From an uncultured Nitrososphaeraceae archaeon (GTDB lineage: Archaea; Thermoproteota; Nitrososphaeria; Nitrososphaerales; Nitrososphaeraceae): 64,000 bases of DNA. Location: NCBI GenBank assembly GCA_963765895.1, contig CAVXZB010000078.1:1-64000 (forward strand). Reading direction: 5' to 3'. Position 1 is the stretch's first letter. Every line of letters begins with the position of its first letter. Below, piece by piece: positions 34,509 to 46,372 of the stretch. The notes beneath the pieces were generated by a model. The model was not told the DNA's origin. It worked only from the letters and a program-made list of their open reading frames with translations, and did no database searches. The position numbers and the translations under genes are program-made.

Positions 34509-35240
34509 ATGTCAGATGAGAATGAATTCATATCTGGGAATGAAAACGCTGCAAGTTCAAATTCGAACACTGAAGGAGAAGCTACCACCTTTGACGAAGT
34601 AGTCGAAGATAGTCCACAAGTACAAGAAAGCTTTGAAATGATATCGGTAGGACCAGAGAGCCAGGATGTAGACAAAGTGGACGATTCCGATAAGCTCCCG
34701 ATAGAAGAGCGTATGGAGGAGGTGAGAGTAGATAATGAAAATCTCAGTGATGACGAATCACTGGTCGAACCTCCAGTCACGAGAACTAGGAAAAGAAGCA
34801 ATAAAAGAAAGACACGCAAATCGACTGGCACATTAACAGGCAAGAATTCTAAAGAAGGGTATTATACCTCAAAACCAGAGGATAAAGCTATTCAAGCCTT
34901 CCAAACTCAGATTACTGAACGGTTAAATCTAAATGAACAAAAGCTTGACAAAGTTATATCTACAATCCGCCCTATTGAAAAGCACATTCACTCGAGTGAA
35001 AAGCAAGCCCAACTAAGCAAAGAGATTCAAGTTCAGGTTAGGCAATTGCAAAGGCAAGTACGACAAATTGAAAAGATGTCTAAAAACATTTCGACTGAAA
35101 TAATCAAGAAAGTAAATAAGGAGATCTCGTCCAAAATCCAAAGGATGCCAGCAAGAGGCGCTGGTCCAAATAGATCTAAACGAAATGAAAAGGCAAAATC
35201 CAGAAAAAGATCCAAAATAAATAAAAGAAAAAAGACGTAG
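34509..35240 (+). CDS. hypothetical protein: acidic disordered N-terminus, coiled coil, basic tail
   Basis: 243-aa ORF; E/D-rich N-terminus, heptad Q/K/I region, K/R-rich C-terminus. Confidence 0.8.
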   Translation: MSDENEFISGNENAASSNSNTEGEATTFDEVVEDSPQVQESFEMISVGPESQDVDKVDDSDKLPIEERMEEVRVDNENLSDDESLVEPPVTRTRKRSNKRKTRKSTGTLTGKNSKEGYYTSKPEDKAIQAFQTQITERLNLNEQKLDKVISTIRPIEKHIHSSEKQAQLSKEIQVQVRQLQRQVRQIEKMSKNISTEIIKKVNKEISSKIQRMPARGAGPNRSKRNEKAKSRKRSKINKRKKT

Positions 35241-35290
35241 ATAAGTAGTAAGCTGCGATTTGGATTGTCAAGTAAGGCAGTAAACAGAAT

Positions 35291-35635
35291 TTGCAAGTAT
35301 TTAGGATATCTGCGGTAACACTGTTGATCACTGATATGAAAAGGTCTTGCAGTTTTTACTCCAGACTGCCAGGGTTCGTTCTTGTGTACGGTGGTAGCTA
35401 TAACGACCGATTCAGTACCTTCAGGATTGGCGGAATCAAGCCCAGCATGTACCTAAATTTGGAATTAATAGCCTCAAAATCAAAGAGTACAAAATACTTA
35501 AAGCCTACCAAACTAGTAACTAGAATAATTTTTCATACCCAGGATGTTGATAAGCTATATCTATACATGCAAAAAAGCAAAACAATCCCAAAATTAATAA
35601 CTTGTAAGATTCTACAGTACCACAAAATTATTTGA
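35291..35635 (+). pseudogene. C-terminally truncated VOC/glyoxalase protein
   Basis: Aligns with 38213-38683 up to KLIT but lacks WGERYF..DGYQLSFA. Confidence 0.75.
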
Positions 35636-36484
35636 ACGTAATCCTAAATAAAAATTAACTTCGAGAAAGTATTTAAGGTCTAAATCGAGTCTAGAGCAAT
35701 CTAACAGGACAAATGAACACTTTATATAGTTTTATCAATCAAAGAGTTTACTAAATAACGGTCAAAAATGGCAAAAAGTTAGCTGAACTAGTTAACTGCA
35801 TTGACCCTTACTATCACCCACTCTAATTATAGGTTAATGATCGCCTCTGTAAATGTATTCCTCTATAATTTTGTTATAGGTCCTGTCGCTTGAGTTGTGA
35901 CTTTTTTATTTGCTCTTCACACATATAAGTTTCTTTTACTGCTGACAAGACTCCTTTTAAAAATTTGTAAAAACCGGTATCGGATCTTAGTTGTACTGAT
36001 TATTCCGAATATTTTATCGGACATTCCGGGTCTACATATTAGCGCAAAAAGATTCAGAAAGTGCAGAAATATTTCGCAAAATAGAATCCAGCCTGACTTT
36101 TCTCTATATTCCAGACTTGACTTAGACAAGGTGCAGATATATGAAGCAAGGTAAGTAATTAGAGGAAATAAATCAATCCCTAAGAAATCGTGACAAGCTG
36201 AAAGATGATGCTATATCTCAGTGATCAGACAGCGTATAGCACTATCAATAAGGCTCCAGGAAATTGAAAGAAGACAGCGGCTAATGACATAATATTTCAA
36301 CATCACATATATGAGATCTTAACTTTGAAGGATCTTAACTTTAGAATCTATCTTTGCTCATAGAGAAAATTCTTGCCAATAGACCCTCTCTCCCTTTACC
36401 TTAAGTGCTGCTGCTTATTTATCTTGATTAGATTTTCAGCTATTGAAAGAGGGATTTATTCAGAAATCTAGGAATGTCTAAGTA

Positions 36485-38074
36485 ATGCATGATTCTCACA
36501 CTGAAGAAGTTATTCTCGCACAATCTTCTGCAATATCTAAACTAAAGTTCCCATTTCATCTGAAAGCACATCAGCTTGAAGCAGTAGATGCATGGATTTC
36601 AAGTGGCTTGCGGGGTTCCATAATATACAGCAGCGGAACTGGTAAAACAGAGATAGCATTTGAATGTGCGAGAAGAGCAGCAGACATTATCTCAGTTCCT
36701 TCTTCTTCTCCTTCTGACTATCCCATGGCTATCCTCTTATTAGTTCCGCGCATAGTCTTAATTGCCCAGTATCTCAAAAGGTTGTTAAACTATAGCATAC
36801 CAGATGATAAGATAGGAGTATACTTTGGGGAACGAAAAGAGATAAGGGAAATAACAATAAGCACTTATCAAAGTGTAATCTATAACCCTGACCTTGTACG
36901 AAGATCGAAGATTATAATCTTTGATGAGGTGCATCTTGTGAGTGACACATCCAAAGTGCTTAGAAAAGTATTTGATATAGCTGTGGAAGACTCTAGTAAG
37001 GCCCTTTTAGGCCTTACTGCAACAATAGATGAGCAAGATCCAAGATACAATACAATCATCACAATTCTACCTCCTGTTAAAAAATACATGCTAAAAGAGG
37101 CTGTAAAAGAAGGCAGACTAACAAAGCCAGTTGTTATTCCTATGCAAGTGAAATTCACAGACGAAGAGCAGGAACTTTATGATACATATTCTACAAAAAT
37201 TAGGAATATCTCTTCACGGTTCAAAAGGTATGATGCAACATCGATGTCCCTACTTTTAAGAAAAGGTGGGTTTGTAGGAGGACTAGCTAGAGCATGGTTC
37301 CTGAATGTAAGAAAGAGAAGAGTCTTGTTAAGTTGTGCTAAAAACAAAATATCTGAAGCAGTAAATCTGATAGCGAAAAAACATCCGAGTCAGAAGATCA
37401 TGATCTTCAGTGAAACACTTGACTCTATCAACAAGCTGAAGACCAGTTTGGAAGGTGAAGGAATAAAATCTATGGTAATAGACAGTACTATAAATTCCAT
37501 AAAAAGACAGAAAATTCTTTCATCTTGGGGTAAAGACTTCCATGCTTTGTTATCAGTACATACTCTAGAGATAGGCTATGATGTTCCTGAAGTAGGAATA
37601 GAGATAATTTTAGCTACTACCTCAAATATGAATCAAGTGATTCAAAGAATAGGAAGAGTAGTCAGAGTATATCAGGGAAAGCGTAGAGCATTGATCTATG
37701 TAGTGTATATCTCAGAAACTAGAGATGATAGAACTTTGCAAATATTTAGAGAGGCGATCAAATTTGGTGGAAGAACGACTGTGACTGACGAAGTAGAAGG
37801 CGGAACAGGGGAAGAAGAAAAAAGGTGCATAAAGCAAGCTTATAACATACTGGAAGTAAATTCATATGAATCAGTAATTGTAGAAACTGATCGAGAACAA
37901 AAATTATATCAAATAAGAAGCAGTAAAGACAAGAACAAATACTACGAGGTAAATGCAGAAGCAAAAACATGTACTTGTCAGGATTTTAACTTTAGAGGTT
38001 TAAAATGCAAGCATATCACAGCGACAGAAATAATAAAGTCCAGACCAGATGTTCCTCACTTTACGTCTGAATGA
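36485..38074 (+). CDS. SF2 (XPB/Rad25/ResIII-like) helicase with C-terminal SWIM zinc finger
   Basis: SGTGKT, DEVH, GLTAT, GYDVP, QRIGRVVR; CTCQDFNFRGLKCKH. Confidence 0.92.
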   Translation: MHDSHTEEVILAQSSAISKLKFPFHLKAHQLEAVDAWISSGLRGSIIYSSGTGKTEIAFECARRAADIISVPSSSPSDYPMAILLLVPRIVLIAQYLKRLLNYSIPDDKIGVYFGERKEIREITISTYQSVIYNPDLVRRSKIIIFDEVHLVSDTSKVLRKVFDIAVEDSSKALLGLTATIDEQDPRYNTIITILPPVKKYMLKEAVKEGRLTKPVVIPMQVKFTDEEQELYDTYSTKIRNISSRFKRYDATSMSLLLRKGGFVGGLARAWFLNVRKRRVLLSCAKNKISEAVNLIAKKHPSQKIMIFSETLDSINKLKTSLEGEGIKSMVIDSTINSIKRQKILSSWGKDFHALLSVHTLEIGYDVPEVGIEIILATTSNMNQVIQRIGRVVRVYQGKRRALIYVVYISETRDDRTLQIFREAIKFGGRTTVTDEVEGGTGEEEKRCIKQAYNILEVNSYESVIVETDREQKLYQIRSSKDKNKYYEVNAEAKTCTCQDFNFRGLKCKHITATEIIKSRPDVPHFTSE

Positions 38075-38212
38075 AATTACATTCTAATATGAGATTGGTG
38101 ATTCAAGAAAGATTGAGCATAAAATGAAAGACTCAGACGATAATGAAGATCCCACAAATCACGTTATAGAAGAATAAATTAATTGTGATCATATAATCTA
38201 TCCCATCCATTC

Positions 38213-38683
38213 TCATGAGTGTCTCAGTTTATAAATCCCCTTACTACCAGCAATAGGTTCCGCAAATGAAAGCTGATATCCATCTGGTTCTCTTAAATGA
38301 AAATATCTTTCTCCCCATGCAGCATTAGTAGGTTCATTTTCAAACGATATTAAATTTGAAATGCTATCGTTATTCTTAAAATAAGAATATAATCTATCCA
38401 CATCTTCGGTATGAAAGATTATTCGACCAAAGTGTTGTCTTTTCCAGCCATCATCATTCTCTGCTATATGATTAGGAGGCTCACGATTGTTATTGATTCC
38501 CAATTCTAGATTTAGACACATTTTTGATTTATGCTCTTCCTCTTCTTCAATCTCAAAAGTAGTAAAAGTATCATCAGAAGATCCATAAACTAACTTAAAG
38601 CCTGGTACTTGAGAATAAAATCTGCAAGACCTTTCCATATTTTCAACTATCAGCGTTACTGCAGAAATTTTGTATATTTTCAT
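38213..38683 (-). CDS. VOC/glyoxalase family protein
   Basis: ISAVTL..RSCRFY, FHTEDVD, WGERYFHLREPDGYQLSF. Confidence 0.92.
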   Translation of the reverse strand: MKIYKISAVTLIVENMERSCRFYSQVPGFKLVYGSSDDTFTTFEIEEEEEHKSKMCLNLELGINNNREPPNHIAENDDGWKRQHFGRIIFHTEDVDRLYSYFKNNDSISNLISFENEPTNAAWGERYFHLREPDGYQLSFAEPIAGSKGIYKLRHS

Positions 38684-38701
38684 AGCGTTATTAGCACATT
38701 A

Positions 38702-38917
38702 TTAAGACGATACTATTTTAGATCCTTTTAGTTCTGATTCATTAATTAGAAATACAAAGATCTGACCGTTGCACTCAATTACAGATTTTAGAGTATATCC
38801 ACCATTGGCTAAAAGAGCTTCTATTTCAGCCAGCATTTTCTTTAAACTTGCACCATCATCTTTTACAGGATCAGCACTCTTTACGATCATTAGTGGACTT
38901 TCATGCCAGTTTGTCAT
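38702..38917 (-). CDS. hypothetical protein
   Basis: 71-aa ATG ORF co-oriented 18 bp upstream of the VOC gene. Confidence 0.6.
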   Translation of the reverse strand: MTNWHESPLMIVKSADPVKDDGASLKKMLAEIEALLANGGYTLKSVIECNGQIFVFLINESELKGSKIVSS

Positions 38918-39153
38918 TTGTATATTTACAGCTCGACTAAGTTATTAAATGGTCGTCATGAAAACCTTATTTTGTTATTTTGCAAGCTTATCTCGCTCAA
39001 GATGGTTTGTGTATTGATAGTTCAGGATACATCTAAACCTGGTAATATCTGTCTGAATTTTCCTTTGACTAAGACTGCAGAGATGGAATGAAACTCCAAC
39101 ATACATTACAAAGATAATCACTGAAATACTAAAATCGACAGAGCACATCACAG

Positions 39154-39369
39154 ACATTCATTTTTGATTTACCCCAAGATAATGTCTACCAGATGAAGGT
39201 GCCTCTTGTCGGAAAGCAGCCAACTATGAGTGAAAGTTATTATCTCTTCTTCAAACCGCTACCAACAGGACACCATAAGATAGAGCTGGAAGTGATACGG
39301 GACCCATTGGAAGCAAACGCACCAGTCGAACATGACGTTGCCAAGTGGGATATCCAGGTAGTTCATTGA
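39154..39369 (+). pseudogene. C-terminal fragment of a secreted protein family (YxLFxKPLPxGxH motif)
   Basis: TFIFDLPQDNVY..ESYYLFFKPLPTGHHKIELEV..WDIQVVH; upstream part broken by stops. Confidence 0.6.
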
Positions 39370-40303
39370 CCTCATGATGGGGACAGCATATACTCTTTGA
39401 TTTTAGATGATTTAACTTCGAACAAATTGCACATCGAGACCAATTTAACTTTGGTTGTGAAGCAGATAAAGATACTAATACCGACTTTCAGCCAGATGTT
39501 GATATAAAGACATCTGATCGTGAGTAAGTTAGTATTGTTACTGAAATAGCGTATACTAAGTACGCGAACGCGTTCGAGGCGCGGTGGTCGTCAAGCCATG
39601 CATAAAGAGTTTCAAGAGTAATGAAACTCGAATTTGGTTTGAAAGCTGTTATCAGTTAATGTGGGAGACACGCACTTACGAGCTGTAAAGTCTATGAGAA
39701 TTCTATCTATATAATGCAGCATTTGGAACGCCTCATGTTAAGTATGCACTTTAATACATCAAAATGTCACTCTATAAATATAATCTCCCATTTTAGAGAA
39801 TGTTTATAATCTGGCGCGCCGCACATCTACATTAGAAGTGATTTTCCGATATACCTATAGGACATGTCAAAATCCGACATTGTCTGATGTGTTAAAACTT
39901 TGGCTATAGACTGAATTAATATGCTGGTCCACGTCAGCTAACCACTACTATCTATAGATATCAATTTGTAGGATAGACAATGTCGCTTATGGGTGATTAA
40001 GATCACTTCAAGTCCTGAAAGTTTTACTTATTAATCGAATCAGGTAGTCCTGAGTAGGTCTTGGGAATATTTAGCGTTTTTAATAACTCTGATTTATGTG
40101 CCTCAGGATTTTTGTACTTGATATGATGCTTTATGGATTCCAGATGTACGTTCTTTATCTCAGGATGTAACCTGCAGTTAAAATATCCCTGCTTTATAAC
40201 AATTATTATATAACATGAACTCTCTAAATCGTGGTCAGGGAGTCTCGCAGGTGGTAAGTTGGATCATCATAAGAGCCGATAGACTCTGGATGTAAGAAGT
40301 TTA

Positions 40304-41578
40304 TTATCTTGAAATTGTACTTTTAGTTAACTTATGTGTCTTTATGTCAAGCTCAAAATTATCTATTCTTTGGGATGAGGCATTCCATGATTCTTGAGGC
40401 CGTGGTACTGTATAGTATCCTCCTTTAATAAGATTAGATGTTACTTCAATATGCAGAAATCCATGACGATTATCACAATAGTTTTCCAATGTCAGGTTAT
40501 AGCTTGACAAATTTGTTGGAACGTCAAGTCTGTCATCGGGTTCTTGTTGAGTACATTGTAAATTAGGCAAACCACTAGTACGCTGCATACAAGTCAAATT
40601 AGGATAACCGCCAGCACCGGCTACAATATATGGGACTTGATGACCATTTGCTTCGTAAGTGAATCGTTGATAGTTATGAACATGTCCAGAAAGAACCATG
40701 TCTGCCATTCGGCCAGATTTGTTAAATGCATTTTCAAGATTATCCTTAATTGCCACACTTCCAGAAGTGAAATTATCCAGGGAGTATGCCGGATGATGTA
40801 CTGCTACTATTAGTGCTTTGTCAATAGGTGCAGAACCAAGCTCATTGACAAACCAATCAAATTGTTCTTGATTTATTTTTCCGCCTTCAGGAACATTAGA
40901 ATATAGACCAATAATATTTACAAAAGGCGTTTCCAGTGTCCAATAAACATTTGGCTGAGTCATGGCATCTCTATCTACATCAGCTGCTTCAGGAGTGATT
41001 GTGGGAGTCTTGTTGCAAAAATTATTAACAAATGCTTCTAACGATGTGGGACGAATATTTTCAGGAGTTCTATAATTTACGTCACCATCATGATTACCGG
41101 GTACAGCAAAGATCGATGCGGGATAATGAGTGTAAGGCCGATAAAATTGCTCAGAGTAATTGTCTGCCTCACCATAGTAGTACACCACATCTCCTAAATG
41201 ATAAAAAAATGAAGGGCTTGATTGAGAATTGGTTGCATCAAAATCGCTTTCCATATGCATTTCCACAATATGCTGAGGTACTTCGAATCCAATTCCTCCG
41301 GTATCTCCAACAGTATGAAATATGATTCTACCAGTATTCTTAATTTTATCCATGATTTCTGTCGATAAAACGTTATCTAGTTTGAGATGATAAGGCGGGG
41401 ATCCTGATGGTGATGGCAAATTCTGAAATTTTTGATTACCGTGTGATTTTTGAACCTTTGTTGGAACTAGATCAATTGATTGAGCTCTTGGCCGTGGTTG
41501 ATAGATAATTCTGCCTGCCAAACCTTTATGCCTGTCAATTATGGATTGACTTTTCTTATGTTCACTAATATCAATCAT
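40304..41578 (-). CDS. calcineurin-like metallophosphoesterase (purple acid phosphatase-like)
   Basis: GDTGG, GDVVY, GNHD, VHHP, GHVHNYQR. Confidence 0.93.
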   Translation of the reverse strand: MIDISEHKKSQSIIDRHKGLAGRIIYQPRPRAQSIDLVPTKVQKSHGNQKFQNLPSPSGSPPYHLKLDNVLSTEIMDKIKNTGRIIFHTVGDTGGIGFEVPQHIVEMHMESDFDATNSQSSPSFFYHLGDVVYYYGEADNYSEQFYRPYTHYPASIFAVPGNHDGDVNYRTPENIRPTSLEAFVNNFCNKTPTITPEAADVDRDAMTQPNVYWTLETPFVNIIGLYSNVPEGGKINQEQFDWFVNELGSAPIDKALIVAVHHPAYSLDNFTSGSVAIKDNLENAFNKSGRMADMVLSGHVHNYQRFTYEANGHQVPYIVAGAGGYPNLTCMQRTSGLPNLQCTQQEPDDRLDVPTNLSSYNLTLENYCDNRHGFLHIEVTSNLIKGGYYTVPRPQESWNASSQRIDNFELDIKTHKLTKSTISR

Positions 41579-41839
41579 ATGCTAACCAAATATCGAGTGT
41601 CATAATTAGATAATTGTAATACATATTAGACACATTAGACAAAACCTTGCTCCTCGTCCTGCCAAGATCGTGGCGCTTTATAACCGGTATCGAACCCGCA
41701 TACCCACAGGCTTCAAATGAGACACAATAACTTCGATTATATACGCTGGTGTATTACATCCCACTGAACCCGCTATAAATTTATAATTGTTAAAGTTATG
41801 GTATATAAGAATAGAAATTATAAACGCTAGCTTATTGGC

Positions 41840-42360
41840 TCTGGAGACAATGATTATTACTATTAATTTATACTTGAAATCGTATCAACTGGCCTGGATT
41901 GAATGCATAGTAATTTAGAACCATAATTATAGTAACATTAAGATCGCTAGAATTCTTTTGTTTTACTAAGGACAGATCTCAAGATGATGTTGAAGATGTT
42001 ATTATCAGATTTGTGTTATCGCAGAAAGAAAGAATTGTGAAAAAGGAGATAACTGCAGGTACACTTGGAAATTACGTTAAAGCCCTCAAGTTATTCTGCA
42101 GGATGACTCGTATTCAGATAAATTAGGATTAATAGCACATTATCTTCGGAAGGTGAAACAGTATTCTAACGATAGGATACTAACGTCGAAGAGATAAGAA
42201 AACTGATCCAACATCCTGATCGATGCATCAAGCTAATTATATTATTGTCAGTATCGACAGGAATAAGGGTTGGGACACGAGATTATATGAAATGGAAGCA
42301 TATCAAGCCAATAAATGATAAGAAAGGGACATTATTGGGACCAAACTGATCGTATACCCA
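41840..42360 (+). pseudogene. decayed tyrosine integrase (N-terminal half)
   Basis: IIRFVLSQKERIVKKEITAGTLGNYVKALKLFC and EEIRKLIQHPDRCIKLIILLSVSTGIRVG align with integrase 62078-63385; stops and frameshifts present. Confidence 0.88.
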
Positions 42361-42443
42361 GACTAGCCTGTTTGGTTGGGGCTTTGTTTCAGATCGACCG
42401 TAGAGCCACAGTTATATTATATTGATAGTCATATTATTATCAA

Positions 42444-42737
42444 TTAAGATAGCTTTTCAATTATGTTAGCTGCTTCAGCCGTTGAAAATGCCTTGAGTGT
42501 TTCAGTACGTATATTGCCTAGACTTCCAGTGCTGAGTAACACTGATGCTACTGCCTCATCATTTGGAGCCTCGATTACCGATACCATATCATATCTTCCA
42601 ATCGTATAATAAAAGCCAAGAGATTTACAACCTGCTTTTTCTAATGCACTTCCAAAGGATTTAGCTCGTTTTACAGTATCTTTGACATTTTTTATTCCCT
42701 GTTCTGCCCAATTTATAAGTACGACATAATTTCGCAT
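42444..42737 (-). CDS. GYD-domain protein
   Basis: YYTIGRYDMV..GNIRTETLKAF. Confidence 0.92.
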   Translation of the reverse strand: MRNYVVLINWAEQGIKNVKDTVKRAKSFGSALEKAGCKSLGFYYTIGRYDMVSVIEAPNDEAVASVLLSTGSLGNIRTETLKAFSTAEAANIIEKLS

Positions 42738-43084
42738 TGTTATTATTCAATAACCATAGAAGTGCGCATGTATATATAGGTACATAATGCTTGTTATAAT
42801 ATTTTATATACTTTTTAGTGTTTTAGAAATTACAATGGAAGCTTCTAAATTGCGGCACATATTGATTTCATAAAGAATTATTATTAGTTCTCTCATCCAT
42901 GCTTGAAATTAATATTCATTTTGGGCTTTACATCTTCGTTGTTGGCTTGATTCAATTTCTTTGACTGTTCGTTTAACAAGATGTTTTAATTCTATATTAT
43001 TTTATGAATTTAACTTTATTCTAAATTTATGTTCCATTCTTTCTACTTTCTTTTTTCTATTAAACCTGATTCGACATTCTCTCT

Positions 43085-43372
43085 TCAGGTAAAGTAACAA
43101 AAATGTATACCAAATGGAGTAGAGTAAGACTCTTCTCTTTCACCATACCAGGTAGCATAATCACACGGAATCATAAAGTATGCAATTAGAACCTTTAAAT
43201 ATAAATAGAAAATAGAGTTGGGTGTTTCTCCTAACAGGATAACAAGATTTGGAAATTCCACATTTGGACAGTAAGTTTTGGATATAATGATAGCCCAAAA
43301 TTCTAGAGTAATCCTTTCCGGGGATTTGGTCTTCAGGTATCGGCATATGACTAACGCAGCAAATAGGTTCAT
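43085..43372 (-). pseudogene. possible degenerate winged-helix regulator
   Basis: RITLEFWAII..YLKVL..YSTPFG loosely resembles the wHTH at 52697. Confidence 0.3.
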
Positions 43373-43971
43373 CTACATATTGTCTCCACATAATCGCTAA
43401 GTCTTTAGCCAACATTGAATATGTATGATGGATAACAATTTGAAGACTTTCAACTCATTGTCACAATTTCTTATGACTTATTGTAACAGATACTATTCAA
43501 ATATGCCATTGTCGAGGATGACATGGTCTTTGTATACAGTCTTGTTGTATTATTGCAATGAATTAATACTACAATTTCCGTGAATATAATATAGATTAAT
43601 TCGATTTTATACTATATAAAGTAATTTTCCTTGATTTGAAGTTTCGGTTTCTTACTGTTCGTCATAGTCTAACTAGATCGAGCTCATCAATGGCTCCGCC
43701 ACTAGACTATACCAAACAAATAGAATAGACAAACAAAAAATTAAAGGGTTATCTAGATGACCTTTACAGTTTATTGAACCGAATCACCATAATAAGAATG
43801 GGTTCCTATGTCTTCAATGCAGATATTTAAATCAACTAAATCCTGTGGTAGATATTGTTTTGCACCACTATTTTCCTTCAATGTTGCTCGCATAGGCCAT
43901 GTGTCCATCCGCTATACTCCCCGACAGAACCTGAACAAAGCGCTAATACAACTATATATCATTAACCCGCC

Positions 43972-45283
43972 TCATTGTTCGACCTCGGGAGGAAATACCT
44001 TCTTGACGTATTTTGTAAGACCAATATATTGTATGATTAACGAAAGGAGAACCACTCCGAAAGTTAAAGTAGCAATCAGGTTTTTCAGATTGCTGCCTTA
44101 TATCTTCAGCTGGTAAAGTTGCAACTAGTGCCACAGATAGTGCTCCTCTCATTCCTCCAAGTACAACTATGTGTCTCCAAGTCGATGGAATTTTTTCTCG
44201 TGTGAATTTACTAACAATAGACAGTATAGGATATGTAGAGATTACTCTTGCTAAAAATATAATGCCAAATGCTAAAATTATTAATCCGATGTTTTGACCA
44301 ATGCTTAAGACATTCATACTCACGCCTAAATAAAGAAATGCTGCAGAGTTAGCAAGAAAGGCTATGATCTCCCAGAAATTAAACACGGTTGTACGAACTT
44401 TGAGGCTCATATATGCTTCACGCTTGACAGTTATATTTCCAAAATATAGCCCTGCTACTGCTACAGCAACTAACCCCGACACTCCGAGAGAATTCGCAAG
44501 TACGACTGAACCAAATACAGTGGCAATGGTCAAGGCAGTCTCGGAAAAGGGATCATTCATTAATGAATGCAACTTATTTGTTGTTATCGCAATACTCAAA
44601 CCCACAGCCGCTCCGCCTAGAAATACAGTTGCAAAGTGTTCCGATTCACCGATTAGATTCGAAATTCCATCGCCGCTGCCGTTGTTACTGCTCACACCCA
44701 GTACCACTGCAAGAATTGATGAGAATACAATTAAGCCAGTAGCGTCATTGAAGCTAGCCTCAAATTCCATTAATGTCGAAAGACCTTTAGGAACTCTTAA
44801 CTTCTTGAATATCTCTATCACTATAGCTGGATCCGTCGGGGAGATTAGCGCAGCAAAAAGAAACGAGACGGCGAAGCTCAGGCCAGCAACATACATTAGC
44901 AGGAAGCCGGCCACAAACGTGGATACGACTACTCCTGCAGTTGCCAACAGCAGGGCAGATATTCTAACTGTCTTAAATTGTTTATAATTGACTTTCATCA
45001 TCGCTTCAAAAATCAATGGAGGGATTACAAAATTTATTATCAACCGTGGATCTATTCTGAACCCGCTCACATTTACAAAGTCTAAACCTACAAAACTGAG
45101 AAAAGAAAGACCAATTCCAAATATTACGAGAACAATTATGTGAGGAATTCTTGTTCTGGATGATAATAATGCTGCTGCGAATATCATGGCCAAAAATATA
45201 GGGATAAGGTATTGAGATGAGATAAGAATAGCTCCAGAAGTGGATGGATTAATACTAGGAACAAGAGATGAAATCAATAACAT
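43972..45283 (-). CDS. NhaP/CPA1 Na+/H+ antiporter, +1 frameshift near 44100-44080
   Basis: ISPTDP, EASFNDATG, GGMRGALS; the shifted frame gives LIATLTFGVVLLSLIIQYIGL..EVEQ*. Confidence 0.9.
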
Positions 45284-45808
45284 TCCTAGTATTAGATAAT
45301 GCAGTCATAAATACTAGCTCCAAAGATATATCATCGGGCCTCATTAATCGCATGAATACGAAATTGGAAATCATTGTTAGCCTGAAAATGATTTATCTGG
45401 ATCAGCACAACCGAAGGGTTCTATTTATCTGAATCTAATCTGAATATCCAGATCGGCGACAAAATACAGGTACATAAAGCTTCGCTATAATTTTGTGACC
45501 GGTGTAAAGATTCTGGTTGATCTCAGTTATCTTTGCCTACCATCAAAAATGATTTTTTCAAATTATCCTCCAATCCTATACAAAAGATTTGAACACGTTA
45601 GAAACTTATTTGGTATTCGACCAGTGGGTAAGGGTAGAATTTAGAATTTAAGACTCTTGCGAATTGTTGATCTACTATGGATCCTTATGTTATTAAACTG
45701 ATTGGGCATCGCTCTCTAGACTGGGAAATCTATAGGCTGATTTTCCATTACGAATCACAATATCGGATCAATAATCTTTTTAACATATCCGCGGATTCGA
45801 AATATTGA

Positions 45809-46372
45809 ATGAGCAATTATGGTGGAAGAGGAAGAGAATCTTCAGATATTGCTAGGATAAAGACCGAAACTGTTACGTTTAGACTTCCTGTGCCACTTCT
45901 TAACGAGCTAAAAAAAGATGCCAAATTAGAGAAGATGAACTTAAACGCATTTGTTACGAGGATATTTGCCAATCACGTTGAGTGGGAAAGGTACGAAAGA
46001 AAAATGGGTCTGTTGCCAATGACAAAACCATTTCTCAAGGCAGTAATCAATCGATTGAACGATGAGGAAATCGTACACCTAGCAGAAAAAATAGAAAAAC
46101 AAAATTTTAAGAACATATTTACATTTATGAGGGAAAATCACGACGTTAGCGATTTTATAGAAATTCTACGGAGCTGGCTCACAGTATCGTGGATGGATCA
46201 TACTATAGTTAACAGAAATGAATCATATTATCTTAATATACAACATGACCTTGGGATTAAGTGGTCATTGTATGTCAAGACTTTGGTTTCAGAATTATAT
46301 CAAGATATCCTAGGGAAAAGAGTAGCAATTGATATTGCAGAAGGCCTGATTTCATTTATTTTTTCAAAGTAG
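45809..46372 (+). CDS. ribbon-helix-helix regulator with C-terminal effector-like domain
   Basis: TVTFRLPVPLLNELKKDA..LNAFVTRIF RHH; QHDLGIKWS motif. Confidence 0.8.
   Translation: MSNYGGRGRESSDIARIKTETVTFRLPVPLLNELKKDAKLEKMNLNAFVTRIFANHVEWERYERKMGLLPMTKPFLKAVINRLNDEEIVHLAEKIEKQNFKNIFTFMRENHDVSDFIEILRSWLTVSWMDHTIVNRNESYYLNIQHDLGIKWSLYVKTLVSELYQDILGKRVAIDIAEGLISFIFSK

Noticed and set aside
29878-41668. 13-bp repeat GTCCTGCCAAGAT at 29878 and 41656 as att sites
   Set aside because: Matches of this length are expected by chance in 64 kb; no further support
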